Part shown: in pieces, positions 38,990-52,094 of the stretch | Layout: each line of letters starts with the position of its first letter | Position numbering within the stretch: position 1 is the first letter of the stretch | Origin: Isurus oxyrinchus | Taxonomy: Eukaryota | DNA: 64,000 nucleotides | Direction: 5' to 3' | NCBI GenBank assembly: GCA_026770705.1 | Contig: JANJGN010000065.1 | Span: 806,001-870,000 of the forward strand | Position numbers and translations under genes: made by a program | Notes under the pieces: model-generated | Database searches by the model: none | Seen by the model: only the letters and a program-made list of their open reading frames with translations | What the model was told of the DNA's origin: nothing

Positions 38990-40880
38990 AAAAAAAAGAA
39001 ATTTGATTAAAATGAGAGTTTTAAAATGTGGCAAAAGAGTTTTAAATATGAGAGCAGGGAGACTATTAGGAACCTTACAAGAACCAATAAAATGTTGATC
39101 AAAAGGGCAAAACTATAGAATAGGAGAAAACAGAATGCAGAAACAGATTGCAAAATATTTTATAAATGTATAAGAAAAGTGAAGACATTTGTTTCTTGAA
39201 TAGCAGAGAAAAGAGATATTTTGGTGAAAGAGGAATGTCGAAGCGGTTGCGAAAATTTGCCTCATCTGTTTAGCAGTAGAGAGCGCAATTTACAAACCTG
39301 GAACACAGAATTAAAGAAAAAAGAAAATGAAATGACCTATACATGTGCGATGCTCTTCGGAATTACTATTAGTAGAGAAAACTTTGTTGGCTAAAGTTAG
39401 GGGAATGCTATCCGATGAATGCCCAGGAACTGATGGGCTATATGCCCGGTGTTTGATAGTGAATACTGCGGAGTACATCATGCTCTGAACATTATTATTC
39501 AAATTATATCAGGGAATCGGGAATGACGAAATGTGATGGCGCTATTCATGAATGGAGTGCGACAAAGGAACTAACCTGCAGGCCTTTGAGTCCAACGTCA
39601 GTCATCAGAAAACTCTTAAATCTATCATTTCTCAATATTTAACAATGTGCGGGGAAGATTATATTATCATCAGACATCGTCACCTGGAAGTACAAAGACT
39701 GAAATCTAATTAGACTCTTTTTCAAAAATAAGAAACCAGCAGGGCTGATAAAGGTAGATACAATTCACTCGCCTTTCCAAATGTAATTCAAAAACGTCCT
39801 GATAAAAGGTATTTGTGGGGTAATAGCGTTTATTGGAATGGATAGAGAAGTGCCTATTGGACAAGAAGCAAAACGCAAGAATAAAGAAAACATATTCAAA
39901 TTGGAGTGCCAGAAGGCAATGCTGCGTTCTCAGTGACGTGCAGTCTATGTTTACAACTTTGACGAATTGACAGTGCTAATATTTCTAAGTTTGACAATGC
40001 GAAGTTAGTTTGGAATTTAAGTTCTCAGAAATTCAACAGAAATATGACAAAGATGTATAGACGGGTTAACTTGTTGAGCAGCAAAATCTCAGATGGAGTA
40101 TAAAAGTAAGAAAAAAATTGCTTCTTTATTTCCTTGTTAAGAATGAAAAAAAATGTTTGTAAAGGGGATAGAAGTGTACACATTCATGCTGCGAGGAGCT
40201 TTGGTGCCCTTGTACATAGGAAACAATACTTTCCATGTGGCTGCAAAAAAGGAATTAGGGGTGTAAAGGACATGCTCGACATTGGGATTGGTGTGCAATA
40301 ATATAGAAGCAGTGTTTCAATTGTACGGGGTGTTGGTGCAGTCACACCTGGAGTACTGTGCGTAGCTTTGCTCTCCGCATCTCAGGAAGGATATAATTGC
40401 TTTGGAGCTGCGAGAGCAAATGCTCAATAGATTGGTTTCTGGAATGGAACTGTTTTCCTATTTAAAAAAAAATAAAGACTAAACAACGCTCGTACTATCC
40501 AGCCTTTGAAGAAAGAGAGGTGTTCTCATTAATTCATAAACAATTCTGAAGGCCTATAAAGTGTAGATGCTATTTGGTTACATCCCCATGCCGCGAAACC
40601 TAATGCATGCATTAACGGTTTCTAGATAAGGGATTGATTAGTTAGGTCTGTGCTCTGGAGAAATTTCTTCACTTAAATGACTGTGTATGTTCCATTTCCC
40701 CACTCAAAAGGTGAATGCAATTAAAGATGAAGCAGAAATTTTTCGTTTCTCTCTCAGAAATCAAGGCATGCGTTGGGTGGGTGGGAAATTGATGTTGAGG
40801 CCAAAGGTCAGCAAAGGTGCACTGGATTGGAGGTGCAGTCTGTAGGGGTCAATCCGAGTGCTCAATTACTGATGCACTTA
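38990..40880 (+). mobile_element. Old CR1 LINE ORF2 3' half
   Basis: gtcacacctggagtactgtgcgtagctttgctctccgcatctcaggaaggatata (HLEYC...SPHLRKDI) plus upstream decayed RT blocks. Confidence 0.7.
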
Positions 40881-43569
40881 TATTCAAGTTCACCTATGAT
40901 TACATGGCAGGTTTGTTCTGTACATCTGTGATTCCATTTTTCTCTGTTTAATCCACTCTCTTGATATTTAAGCTAGGCCTCTTCCAATTTGGAACTTATT
41001 CTGAAGATTTCCACTTGCTCTTTTCCAATGTGAAAATATATTATATGATGCAATGGTCACTCTTACTTTATCGACTTTCACACAGAATTTACCCACATTG
41101 TCCACTATATTAATTTGCATCAGATGATTTAGTGTCCTCTTTCTCGTTATACAGAAAGAATAATACTCAACGAAATTTCTCCTGAACACATTTCGGGAAT
41201 GTTTCCCGTTTATCACTGTTCAAAGTAGCCTTATTTCCTTTTGATTATTTTTTGACATCTAACATACATATTTGGCAATTAAATTCCCACAATGCTGTCA
41301 CTTCACCAAGCATTAATTCTCCATATTCAATCTGAGTATTTGTTCCGCTACGTGTCCCACTACCCCACCACACCCACACCACCACCCCACCCCCGCACCA
41401 CCCCCCCCCCCCCCCCCCCCCCCAACTCCCTGGAGGCCTCTACAATTCCCACAGAAGCATGATTGTCCCCTTTATGTTTCTCATCTTTATCCAAATGAAT
41501 TCTATTTTTGCCCACTAAAGGACTTCATTTTTTTTGCACTGAACAAATTGCCGAATTACTCCTGCTATCCTACCTTCATTCTTTCTACTTCCATAACTTT
41601 TTCGGAACACCTCATATCTTTGATAACTAAGCGCAAAACGATGCCATTTTTCGCTCACGTTTTCATTGTTGTCATAAAAATAACATATCGCGGTATGATT
41701 ATGGACGTATGTAGTTGACCAAATTTCTTCGCCCCATTTCTAATTTACAAGCATGCATTATGAATGTACCTTTGTATTACTCGTAATACATCTAAGGATA
41801 CTGCTATCTAATATGGCAACACACCTTTCTCAATATTCTCACAATCATGTAAAATGCATTTCTTCAAAGTGGTTTATGAAGTAAGAATATGCCCGTGTGT
41901 CTTCGTGTCTATTTGTGTGTATGTTCGTGTGTGCACGTCGCCGCCTTTTAAATTTATGAATGTTCCCATTTAATGATAGCACACATACACACACGGTAAA
42001 GCTTTAGCCTTAAACAGGATAAAGTTTATTTTATTGAAGAACAATTGCTGAAAGCTACTTTAGTAAAAATGTTGCCGCTATTTACTAAAACACAAATCGT
42101 ATGTTAAATACAGGAGTAGAAATAATCCTGAAATATGCAAAATGTAATCATCCTAAGTAAGGTATCAACGCTTCCCATGCCTTGAATTGCCTCTCTATTG
42201 TGAAAGTCAAGGGGTTGAAACATGTTGTTCAGCTTAGCAGGTATGAAGTGTCCTGCAGTCGAAAAAATGGTGTTTGCATCTTTCATGTGGACTTAGCAGC
42301 TCAGCAATTTTTAATTCTGGGAGGAACAGAAAAATGCTCCTATTCCTCACTAACTATACGGTTGCAAAGCTCGCAGAATGCCGGACGCTTTCAGCCAAAC
42401 AGCAGCTAATTTGTTAGTACCTTCCTCTCCGTCTTCATTTAGCTAAGAATCATATATCCCGTTGCCTCTCAAAGTTCCTCCTGGGTGTTATACACGATTC
42501 CCCCGAACGTGGTTTCTTCCATTCTCAATTCCATAGTCCATAAAGCACAAATATGGCTTCTGTGGTAATTTTCAACGTGAATTGATAGACGAATCAAAAT
42601 ATTTAATAATGTTGACTTTCGTGAAGTTATCTCCTGCCTCTTGTGACATCAGAAGAAAAATTATTGTACTCAGGCCACACACTGATCCTCGATATATTCC
42701 GATTTCGCTCAGGAATGACAATGGGTATGACACAAGATTTTCTAATTCCCATGCACTACATTTCAACGTCATTTATAATCATGAAATTCTGGCAGAAGGG
42801 CAGACCTGCTGTCTCCCTTGCTCGTGCCGAGCATTTTGCACCCTGTCCATGCTGATCTTGACCCTGGCACACGGTGGCAAAACACCATAACTAACTCAGA
42901 ATGAATGTCACGGGAATACATCTCTGTTACCGTGCACTTGCAGTTTTCCCCAACGACACCTATTTAATCCTTTTTTGTTCCTTCTTGTGTAGTTCCTTTT
43001 CTATTGGTGCCATGGCCTGAACTTCACACTTTCAGGGTGTCTGTACGGCCTGCCGTTTCAAAGAATGAAAGCGGTTTTGAATGTGGCACGTAGCCGGCAC
43101 AATCCTGGATCTCTTCCAACCTTCTGTACGATTAACCAAAATCTATACAGGATTCGCCCTGCCAGTGGTATGATCATTTCATGGACAGAATTTATTCATT
43201 CTCCCGCATGCTCTGCCTTCACTGCATCTGCCTCTCAATTTCACAAAACCTGTGCCCCAGTTGCAGGATTCGAGACCCTCAACACCACCCCCCCTCCCCC
43301 CAACCTATGAAATGCAGATGACGGGCGGGTGGCAGGAGAATGGGTCAAAATCTGCCCTCGTGGATGTCAGTGGTGGCTTCGTAATTGTAGACTATGGATT
43401 CAGCTTTACTGTATCAAATGGAGCCAACCTTGAATCTGCCTAGGCGTGCTTGATGGCAAAGTGTGGATGGAGGTTTAATTTCTAAATCATGCATGTTTTA
43501 CCGGCACTCGACGTGTTTGGCCTAGTGTTGTTTGCAAAGTGTGCGGGAGGCAGTGTGTGCGTATATCCG

Positions 43570-43712
43570 TCTGTGTGTGTGTGTGTGTGTGTGTTAAAAA
43601 GGGGAAAGGAGAGCACGGGCGAAAGAATGGGAGCGAGGGAGACAGAGGAAGAGATAGAGAGCAAGGCAGAAACAGAGAGAGAGAGAGAGTGTGTGTGTGT
43701 GTGTGAGAGAGC
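43570..43712 (+). repeat. Compound (GT)n/(GA)n microsatellite
   Basis: Direct reading. Confidence 0.9.
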
Positions 43713-44035
43713 GAGATGGACTGTGGGATTTCAAGGTATCCCTAAAGTCTGCTAGATATACTGACTTATTCAAGAGTTCGTTAATTATGTAGCTGTCAGC
43801 GAACTGATTGCACACTTTTAGGTGTTCGTGTAGCCTTCTGCAAATACTGCTCTTCTCCAAATCAAATTATCTAAAATATCGGACAAAACTAATATTGTTT
43901 CTTCAATACAGTAATTGCCAATTTTCGGATCCCTTCGCAGGTCGTCAGTGATTGCTGCTCTCATTGAGTTGACTGATTTAGGAGTACACTATTTCATTGT
44001 TGTGACACAGACATTCGGCCCGTTTATGAATTCAC

Positions 44036-44946
44036 TCATTCTCTCGGTGTATTTATTAATTGCATAATTGACCTAACAGGATATGTTCCCGCCCTTTTGA
44101 ACTGTTCTCTGAATTTGGATTGTGTCACTGCATAAATGAATGTGTTTGTGCAACAACTTACATCTCGCAGCATAAATCCTACTTGCCGAAAAATGTATAA
44201 AGAATCGTTGTAACTATATGGATCTGTTCCTGTAATGTTATAATATAAAAAATCTACCACATTTGTCAACCACAACAGCATGAAGCTGCCGGATATTGTG
44301 AATAGTAAGATCATCGACTTCCTTCTGCTTTCCATTTCTGGGTCATTTTGGCCTTTTCCCTTGCTCTGACCCCTCAATTTCTTACGGACTCGACTGGCCA
44401 CTAAAATATGCCTGACTGTCAGAACATTAAGCAAAAGAATCAAAGTGAATGGGAGCAATGGTGTTAAAACTTTATGAAACCAGTCAAAGCCCACCCACGC
44501 TGGATCTGTATAATAGCTTGGCATATCATGGCAGTACCAGGGTACATTGCCGATTATCTCTCTTGGTTCATATATAAAGCAAAATGGAACGTTTCTTAAA
44601 CAGAACACAACACAAGTTGTTGATAAAACCACAATTGCTGTTTTCTCCGTGCAATATTTAGATCTAAACTTTTGGCAACAGATTGTGACAAATCGATCAA
44701 AGGAAAAAGTGACGGTGAACCAGACAGAACAATCTGTGGCTGCAGAAATCAGGGCAAAGATAACACTACATAACGGAGTGATGTCCAGGAAAGAACCAGG
44801 GAAATAATAATCACGTATCTGATACAAAATGGCATCAGTAATAATTACAAGTAAATCCGCCGCTGCCATTGCTACCAGGTACCTTGTTGTGCAAGTGGAT
44901 AGGCCGCACTTTCCCCTGGACAGGATCAAAATCGTCACTAAATTAA
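44036..44946 (-). CDS. Coding exon 2 of a GPR139/GPR142-like class A orphan GPCR (325 aa when spliced to a 67-nt exon 1)
   Basis: Intact frame covering the end of TM1 to TM7: YLVAMAAADLL (TM2), FSFDRF (DRY), LPF (TM5), NTFIY (NPxxY). Acceptor ttttctctcttacag at 44947-44961, phase 1 (G|TT = Val of VNLV). Confidence 0.92.
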
Positions 44947-45209
44947 CTGTAAGAGAGAAAATTAAAATAGATTGTAAATGACAGAGCAAAGTCTCCGTGT
45001 TTTAGTCGAGGTTGTAAGGCATGATTACATCATAAGGGTGATTTGGTATATTTTAAGGTGCTATGAGTTAATGAAATCACAACCCATCTCCCAGCCAAAC
45101 TCGAATCCATTCACCTCCAGATTAATCTCCGGCAGGACAAGGGGCGGAAAATGCTCCTGGGAAAATATTCTGGCCATTTCAACAGATAGTGTCTTTGGCA
45201 ACATTTGAT

Positions 45210-45660
45210 TTAACGGGGTTTCCAGGATTCACTTCATTTGACGCCGACTGGAGTTGAGAAGAGTAAGATGCTACCTGACTGCAAACTTTTAGAAGCTGGG
45301 GAATCTTCACAGGATGGATGTGGAGAAATTGTTTCTTCTTGTGTGAGAACCTAGAATTAGGAGCCACTGTTTTAAAATAACGGGCCTCCCATTAAAGGCA
45401 GCGATGAGGAGATTTTTTTTATGTATCTCTCAGAGGTTCGTGCATCTTTAGAATTCAATTCGTCAAATGCAGTGGCAGCAGAGACCTTCAATAGTTCTAA
45501 GGCACAGAACAATGGATTTTGAATTAACAAAGGGCTGAAAGGTAAGAGGCAGTGGGCAGAAATCTGGGGTTGAGGTTACAAACAGATCACCCAGGAATTT
45601 ACTAAATACCGGATCAAGCTCGAGGGACTGAGTGGGCTACTCCTGCTAAGTCTTTCGTTA
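45210..45660 (+). mobile_element. CR1 3'-end fragment in the GPCR intron
   Basis: ggatgtggagaaattgtttc...gagaacctagaattagg...ctcgagggactgagtgggctactcctgct. Confidence 0.7.
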
Positions 45661-47071
45661 TTAAGTTTTTATGACATGCTTCAACAGACTAATCATACGA
45701 CACAAAGTCATTCTGAATTGGTGAACGTCTCCAACTACCACTAGATTAGAATCCTTCCACGGTTTCTGAAGAATCAGATCCCCTCCACCTCACCACCCAC
45801 CCCCCCCACCCCCCCCCCCCCCCCCCCAAAAAAAAACGGATCAGCATAACTAATTTTCGCTCGTCGCCCTGACACCCTCGTGGTCGGGCATTCTTCAGCC
45901 TGTCTGTTGGCAGGTGTTCTACTCCTGTAGTAGCAAACAGTCAGTAAAATTATACACTTACAGTCCCTCGTGGTAATAAATTCCCAAAGGGGCTAGTGAA
46001 TGGTCAGAGTAAGGAACGTGCTATATCATGGGCCCAATGGTGTGAAAAGCCTTAAGGGGAAGTTCGATTGATCGATAGGTGAGGAAATACATGGATATGC
46101 TAATAACTTTAGCATGACTGTGAGGGAGAGGCACTGTTGTGGAACATAAACACAGGCAAAATCCATTTGGTACGAATGGAAATTCCTCTGTTGTAAATCC
46201 TATGAAATGAGCTGCAATTAAATTACGAACAATATTCATCAGTTCCTTTGTAACAGTACAGATGATAAACCCGTCTGTTCATTAAAACCGTGCACTATAA
46301 ATTCATATTTAATTTTTGAATGGCATTACTCCGTGCCCGTGGACGCAGCTCCGTTTTAGAAAAATCTGAATTGTATGCTTCTGGGTTTATATGCTTCCCC
46401 TGGTTCACAGAAAAGAACCGATTCATCAAACTTCAGTGAGATTCAGAAGTAGAATAATGAATAACAACAACGCAATCTTACTCCTACATAGCAGTAACAT
46501 TAAAAAATGAACACAATTGGGAAAGGGGTTCTCAACCGAGGGAAGGGGAATAGGCAACAACAGAAACTGTTTGTATTTAGTCAATAATGTGTAACGTTGT
46601 CATTATTCCAATTATTTGAATACGGTACTGCTGTCCAACTCTGCGTCTCTCACTGGACACTTAGCAACTCGGTCTCTTCCTGAAGTTCCATAAGAAATCT
46701 AAAATGTCAATCAGTTTCAATCAATAGACGTATTCAACCAGCAGCAAAAACCTTTCCATTTGCCATCGAGTTATTTAAGAATACAAGGCAGGGTTACTAT
46801 GGTGCGCAGTGATCAATCCCCCGAATGATTAGTTTTTATTAAGCAAAAATGGTGTGTACCATTACACTTGATGACCCGCATTCAGCTCAGTTCCACAGAG
46901 ACACATGCTCTTATTAAAACGTGTCCACTGGGGTCAGACTTTCTATCCCAGTTAATCACCACGCCCAGTGCTGTCCCAGAGGGTTCGATGCTCCGAGCAA
47001 TGATTTGTCTGCGCTTCTGCGTGATTCAAGAACCAAAAGTAATGCACTGAAATCAATTAGCTCATATATCA

Positions 47072-47265
47072 AAAGAAAAACAGAATTACGTGGAAAAACT
47101 CAGCAGGTGTGGCAGCACCAGCACACAAGAAAAGGTTCTGCTGAAGGGTCATGAGGACTCGAAAAGTCAACTCTTTTCTTCTCCACCGATGCTACCCAAC
47201 CTGCTGAGTTTTTCCAGGTGATTCTGTTTTTGCTTTGGATTTGCAGCATCATCAGTTCTCTGTTT
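47072..47265. mobile_element. Fold-back Penelope-like 3'-end insertion in the GPCR intron
   Basis: Short reverse arm plus a full forward arm. 15-bp TSD ttagct(c/g)atatatca at 47057-47071 and 47266-47280 (1 mismatch). Confidence 0.8.
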
Positions 47266-47476
47266 TTAGCTGATATATCAGTTAATCTGCGAGTTGAGAA
47301 TAGATCATTGTTATAAATCGACAATTAAATAAAACAACATAGAAATTTCAGGATACTGACTGAGTAATGTCACGGCATAATGGTATGCACTTTACAAACA
47401 AGTAATAGTCACACGCCAAATGTAGAAACCAATTTATAAGCAGGTTTCAACAATTTAAATGGTGCTTGTCTCTTTC

Positions 47477-47543
47477 CAGGAGCACCAAGGATAACAATGA
47501 TCGTGAAGTATATTGTATAAACACCATGAAATGTTTCCAGCAT
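47477..47543 (-). pseudogene. Proximal GPCR coding exon 1 with a non-canonical donor (GA instead of GT)
   Basis: ATG...MLETFHGVYTIYFTIIVILGAP+G, 67 nt, correct phase for exon 2, but followed by gaaaga rather than gtaaga. Confidence 0.75.
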
Positions 47544-47628
47544 TTACTGCCTTAACTGATTGGCTTCATCGAGCTGCAGACATGTTCGGCCGAAGGTAAT
47601 GTAAGGCGATAATTACTAGCGCCTTTCA

Positions 47629-47634
47629 TTTATA
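47629..47634 (-). promoter_or_regulatory. TATA box of proximal exon 1
   Basis: GTATAAATGAAAGGCG on minus, ~86 nt upstream of the ATG, and conserved in the distal copy. Confidence 0.6.
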
Positions 47635-48059
47635 CCCTTTGAAATCTCAACGGTGGGAATGCTACTGCAATACCGTCAGAATTTGTTTTTTAATTAAATT
47701 GTGAATGGAGAAATGGTAACAGCTGAATAAATTTTCTGTACTGATAGAGTGCATTTATCGCTGATATTTAATTTTAAAATCCCAAATACGAGAATGTTTG
47801 GGGTTATAATAAATAACCATTAAATGTTAGAAGTTGTATAAATCATAAAAGGTCATATTCTTTGAAAAGTCATCAGGTGCTAATTAATAACTTTTACAAT
47901 TCCATTTCTTCACAGTGTTGTGGCCATTCACTAACTGAATTCCTACTGTTTTAAGGGTATTCTGAGTGTTGTTATTTACTACTTCATAATGTAGCTTCGC
48001 TTTCGAATTGCGGTCATTCACTTAAACATACTGAAGTGGGAAATTGTATCACTGGATCA

Positions 48060-49160
48060 CCAAATCATTACAGCATCCTTAAGCGGTAGACCACTTAAAT
48101 CTGAAATAGCAGCTTCATCTAAATTATCAACAGAAACTAATACAGAACTATAAAAGAGAATAGCACATGAAGCGCATGAAGTAGCTGAAGCCATTAGAGC
48201 CCGCAAACGATGAAAAAAAGCAAAACGAATATAACAGCTGAAAGCGACAGTGTCTCCACAAACGTAGCCCCAGAAGCTGACACACATCCTAGAAAAACTA
48301 CATTTTCTGAAACAGTAGCGCAAACTGTTGCATCATAGAGGAAAGGACCCAGATGAAATTATAGGTTCACAAGGCAAAGCATTCTCTCAAGCTACTGCAG
48401 CCTCCAATTCTAATAAACATAATTAATCTTGTCCCTCACTACAGAAAAAAAGAATACAGCCTCTCGGGCGAATGCAGCCGAACAACAACGGAGCCATTTA
48501 AAACAATGTGAAAGAATTAGACAAACTCATATATATACTCAAAGAAATGTGTTCTGTCAGACTAAAATCCGGTTCCTAAATTGGGCACAGATACTCAAGC
48601 TAATATAGTGCTTGAAAAAAATACTGCTGCTCAAACCAAGCCAGTCGCTGCAATCTATAGGAATGCTACAGTCTAATTGAGCTCTTCACGACTAATGCAA
48701 TGCCTGGGTGTAATTCAGAAACTTCCCCTAATACAGGTCGTGGAGCTCATACGGTGATTCAAGTAAATGCAAATTTTCAAAATTATGTAAACCCTCAAAT
48801 CATACAGGATCACAAATAAATAATTTCTATAAAAGCACAGAATTCGCTGAAACTAATACATAACCAGAAAAAAAAAACAAAGACAACGAAGACTCCAACA
48901 ATAAATCTTTCAGCCTTTGGCTTAACACTTCAAATGTTATTAATTATGCCGTTCAATGTACTACAGAGACAACAGCTGACACAGCGTTCAATCAAATGCA
49001 TCTGCATAACCCAAGGAAGAATTTGAAACTAACATAAGCCCTCAAGATAATGTAGCCCCTCGGAACAATGCAATCCCTCAATATGACACTGTCCACCAAT
49101 GTTTCCCTCAAGCATAGAACGCACCTTAAACTAATCTAGTCATTCAAAATTATAAACGCT
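48060..49160 (+). repeat. Highly decayed ~17-bp tandem array (consensus about tcaaactaatacagccc)
   Basis: Recurrent aactaat/ctaata/cagcc words at ~17-nt spacing. A paralogous array lies at ~60060-60900. Confidence 0.5.
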
Positions 49161-49169
49161 GTCTATGTC

Positions 49170-49593
49170 CAAATGCAGCAACAACTGGAGATTAACCAGG
49201 CTTGTGCTGACAAAGACAAGTAACATTCACATCACACAAGTGTCAGGCAATGACAATCTCCAGCAAGATACAAACCAACCATCACCCCTTGATGTTCAAT
49301 GGCATTTCAACCACTGAGTCTCTGGCTGTGAACATCCTGAGGGTCATAATTGGTCAGAAACCGAACTGTGCTCACCACAAAAATACTGTGGTTAAAGGAG
49401 TAGGTTAGAAGCTGGCATTTGTGCGACAGGAGGCTCATCTACTGACTCCCAAATGCCTCTCAACCATATACAAGACAGAAGTCAGGAGTGTGATGGAATA
49501 CTCCCCATTGTCTGGATGACTTCACCTTCCACAACACTCAAGAAGCTTGACTCTGCCTAAGAGAAAGCAACCCACTTGATTGGCACCACATCC
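49170..49593 (+). mobile_element. LINE RT C-terminal fragment (second CR1/L2-group family)
   Basis: Translates as QVTFTSHKCQAMTIS...LSTIYKTEVRSVMEYSP. Confidence 0.7.
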
Positions 49594-49986
49594 GCACCTT
49601 ACAGCCTTCCGGTCTGAATATTGAATTCAATAACTTTAGGTCGTGAGCTCCCTCCCCTATCCCCACCCCCTTTCTGTTTCCCCCTTTTTTTCCCCTTTTT
49701 CTTTTTTTTCCCTATAAATTTTATAGATTTTTCTTTTCCCACCTATTTCCATTACTTTTAAATATTTTAAAATCTTTTATGCTCCCCCCACCCCCACTAG
49801 AGCTGTACCTTGAGTGCTCTACCATCCATTCTTAATTAGCACATTCGTTTAGATAATATCACCAACTTTAACTTTAACACCTATGTGTTCTTTTGTCCCA
49901 TTGTCACTGACATCTTTTGATGATCTGCTTCTATCACTGCTTGTTTGTCTACACAAGCACCTCTGTCTCTCTCTCTCTCTCCGCCG

Positions 49987-50017
<31 letters not shown>

Positions 50018-50200
50018 CCACACACCTTAAACCAGCTTATATTTCAACTCTTTCCTGGACTCGAAATCAAGTTCTGTCGAAGGGTCATGAAGACTCGAAA
50101 CGTCAACTCTTTTCTTCTCCGCCGATGCTGCCAGACCTGCTGAGTTTTTCCAGGTAATTCTGTTTTTGTTTTGGATTTCCAGCATCCGCAGTTTTGTTTT
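49594..50200 (+). mobile_element. Young single-arm Penelope-like 3' end
   Basis: Near-identical to the arms of 23748-24840 and ends in ...ggatttccagcatccgcagttttg. Confidence 0.85.
50070..50108 (+). ncRNA. Minimal type I hammerhead ribozyme-like motif (variant core CUGUCGA)
   Basis: AGUU-CUGUCGA-A-GGGUC(augaa)GACUC-GAAA-CGUC^-AACU: stem I AGUU/AACU, stem II GGGUC/GACUC, palindromic ACGU stem III. Further copies at 9326-9364 (+), ~9197-9235 (-), ~23811-23849 (-), ~24705-24743 (+), ~47134-47172 (+). Confidence 0.6.
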
Positions 50201-52094
50201 GTCATTATCTAGGTAACATCCGTCAGCCCTTCTCCCTCGAATATATTTGTCCTGCTACATTTGAATTTATTATTTCGCTGGATGTGGATGTTTCTGACTC
50301 GGCAAGCGTTTGCTTACTATTGCTAATGGCTCACCAGCATCTTCCTTTGGAAGGTGGTGGCGAGTAATTTTCTTGATGCGCTGTGGTGTAGGCTATCCAG
50401 CAGTGCTGTTAGGATGTGATTCCAAATCAGGATGGTATGTTGCTTAGAGATGAACATGCACTTGGTCGCTTTCATGTGCACCTACAGTCCTTGCTTAACT
50501 AGGCGACAGAGAATCTATGTTTGGGAGGCGCTGTTGAAGGAGGCATGACAAGTGGCTACAATGCATCTTGTATATGGCACCATCTTGATCGCTGGTGCAA
50601 ATGCCTTTAATTCAGCTGCCTTGACACTTGACTCTGGAAATTGCTGTTTACCCATCTCTACCTCTGTACTCCTTTAATATGGCCCCTGGAAGTTCAATGC
50701 AAATGACAACTTTGTTGATTACAGCTATTTTAATTATTTAATATTTAAATTTTCCTTGCTATCATGTCACTCTCGTTACAGAGTTACAAGTAATTGGTAA
50801 CTTGGGCATCGTATACATTACATAGGGGAACAGGCTCAAAGTTTGGATGGAGAGTCATGTTGGATTCGAAACCTTAGCTCCGGTTCTCCCTCCACAGATG
50901 TTGGCAAGCCGATTTAGTTCTTAGAGCTCTTTCTGTTCTTATTTCAGATCCGCCGTATTTTTTATGATTGTTATAGAGTATCAGTTTCCTTTAAATAAGC
51001 ATGATAATGGCCCACTTGTTGAAACTGCAATGTATGCAAGTTTAATTTCTCTATTTCAATACAACTCATTATCCAGCTGTGACATTTAATGCCTGTTGAT
51101 GTTTGCAGGTTATTTCTTAAATTCCTATAGGATGGCTGTTTCTCTTATCGCTCAATCAACGTTTGTGGTGTCCATAAAAATGTTAGCTAATGTGCATATT
51201 TTACTAAAGGGAATCAAAGACTCCAGCGTAGCTGCATTTGAGAGCCAAAGGATTTACTGCAACAAGCAGAAGGAGAGTTCAATAATTTGAATGTAGTGAC
51301 AGTATCATCCTGTTGTATACTCGTCAGTGGAAGTGCTAAATAGGAAACAGAGCAACATCAATGTACTTCAAGTTATTATCGTATTACCTAAGAACTTCCC
51401 ACAGCAGCAAGCATCAACTCAACTGGAAAACATGCCGGCAGCTCCAGGGAGTTGGTACACTACTGACTGGAAGCAATAGTTTCCATTTTGTACCACCCTG
51501 GTTAGTGATACATAGTCAATAAAATTTTACACTGAAAGATCATCCGAGTAATACATGTACACTGCTGTCAGGTGTTCCACTCCGGATAGTGACACACTCA
51601 GTGAAATTATATAATTACAGATAGTCCTCGTAAAAAGGAATCTCACACTGGAGTGCGGGGGTGTTCAGATGGTGGAATGAACTAGAACATGGAGCAGAGC
51701 ATAGGAAATGATTGTTCGCAGCATGTGGATAGGTACTTGAGAGAGAAGAATTTGATATGTTGATGACAGAAAAATGCACAGAATGCAGAGATTGACTTTG
51801 GAGAGATTATCCAGTAGAGCATAAAAACATGCAAAATCCAGTTGGTATCAGTGAGACCTTCATGTTCTGTATTTTCCAGGGGTTAATGACGTAACTTAAT
51901 GAATAATCGCAGTCAGCAGTTATTCCACTACTGTATGGGTATCGAATCAGTGCGCTCAATAAACAGTGCACTATTTACCCATTTTATATTGTTAGCTATA
52001 TTATTCAGAGCCCCTGGAATTAGCTGTACATCATGAAAATAAGGAAGGATTTTTTTCTGGCTTTATTCATCTCTCATCTCTCACTGGAGGACAT

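Noticed and set aside
44947-44989. ORF-track N-terminus MLCHLQSILIFSLT of the 317-aa GPCR ORF
   Set aside because: It starts at a non-ATG codon and runs through the intron's polypyrimidine tract and acceptor. The real N-terminus comes from a 67-nt exon 1.
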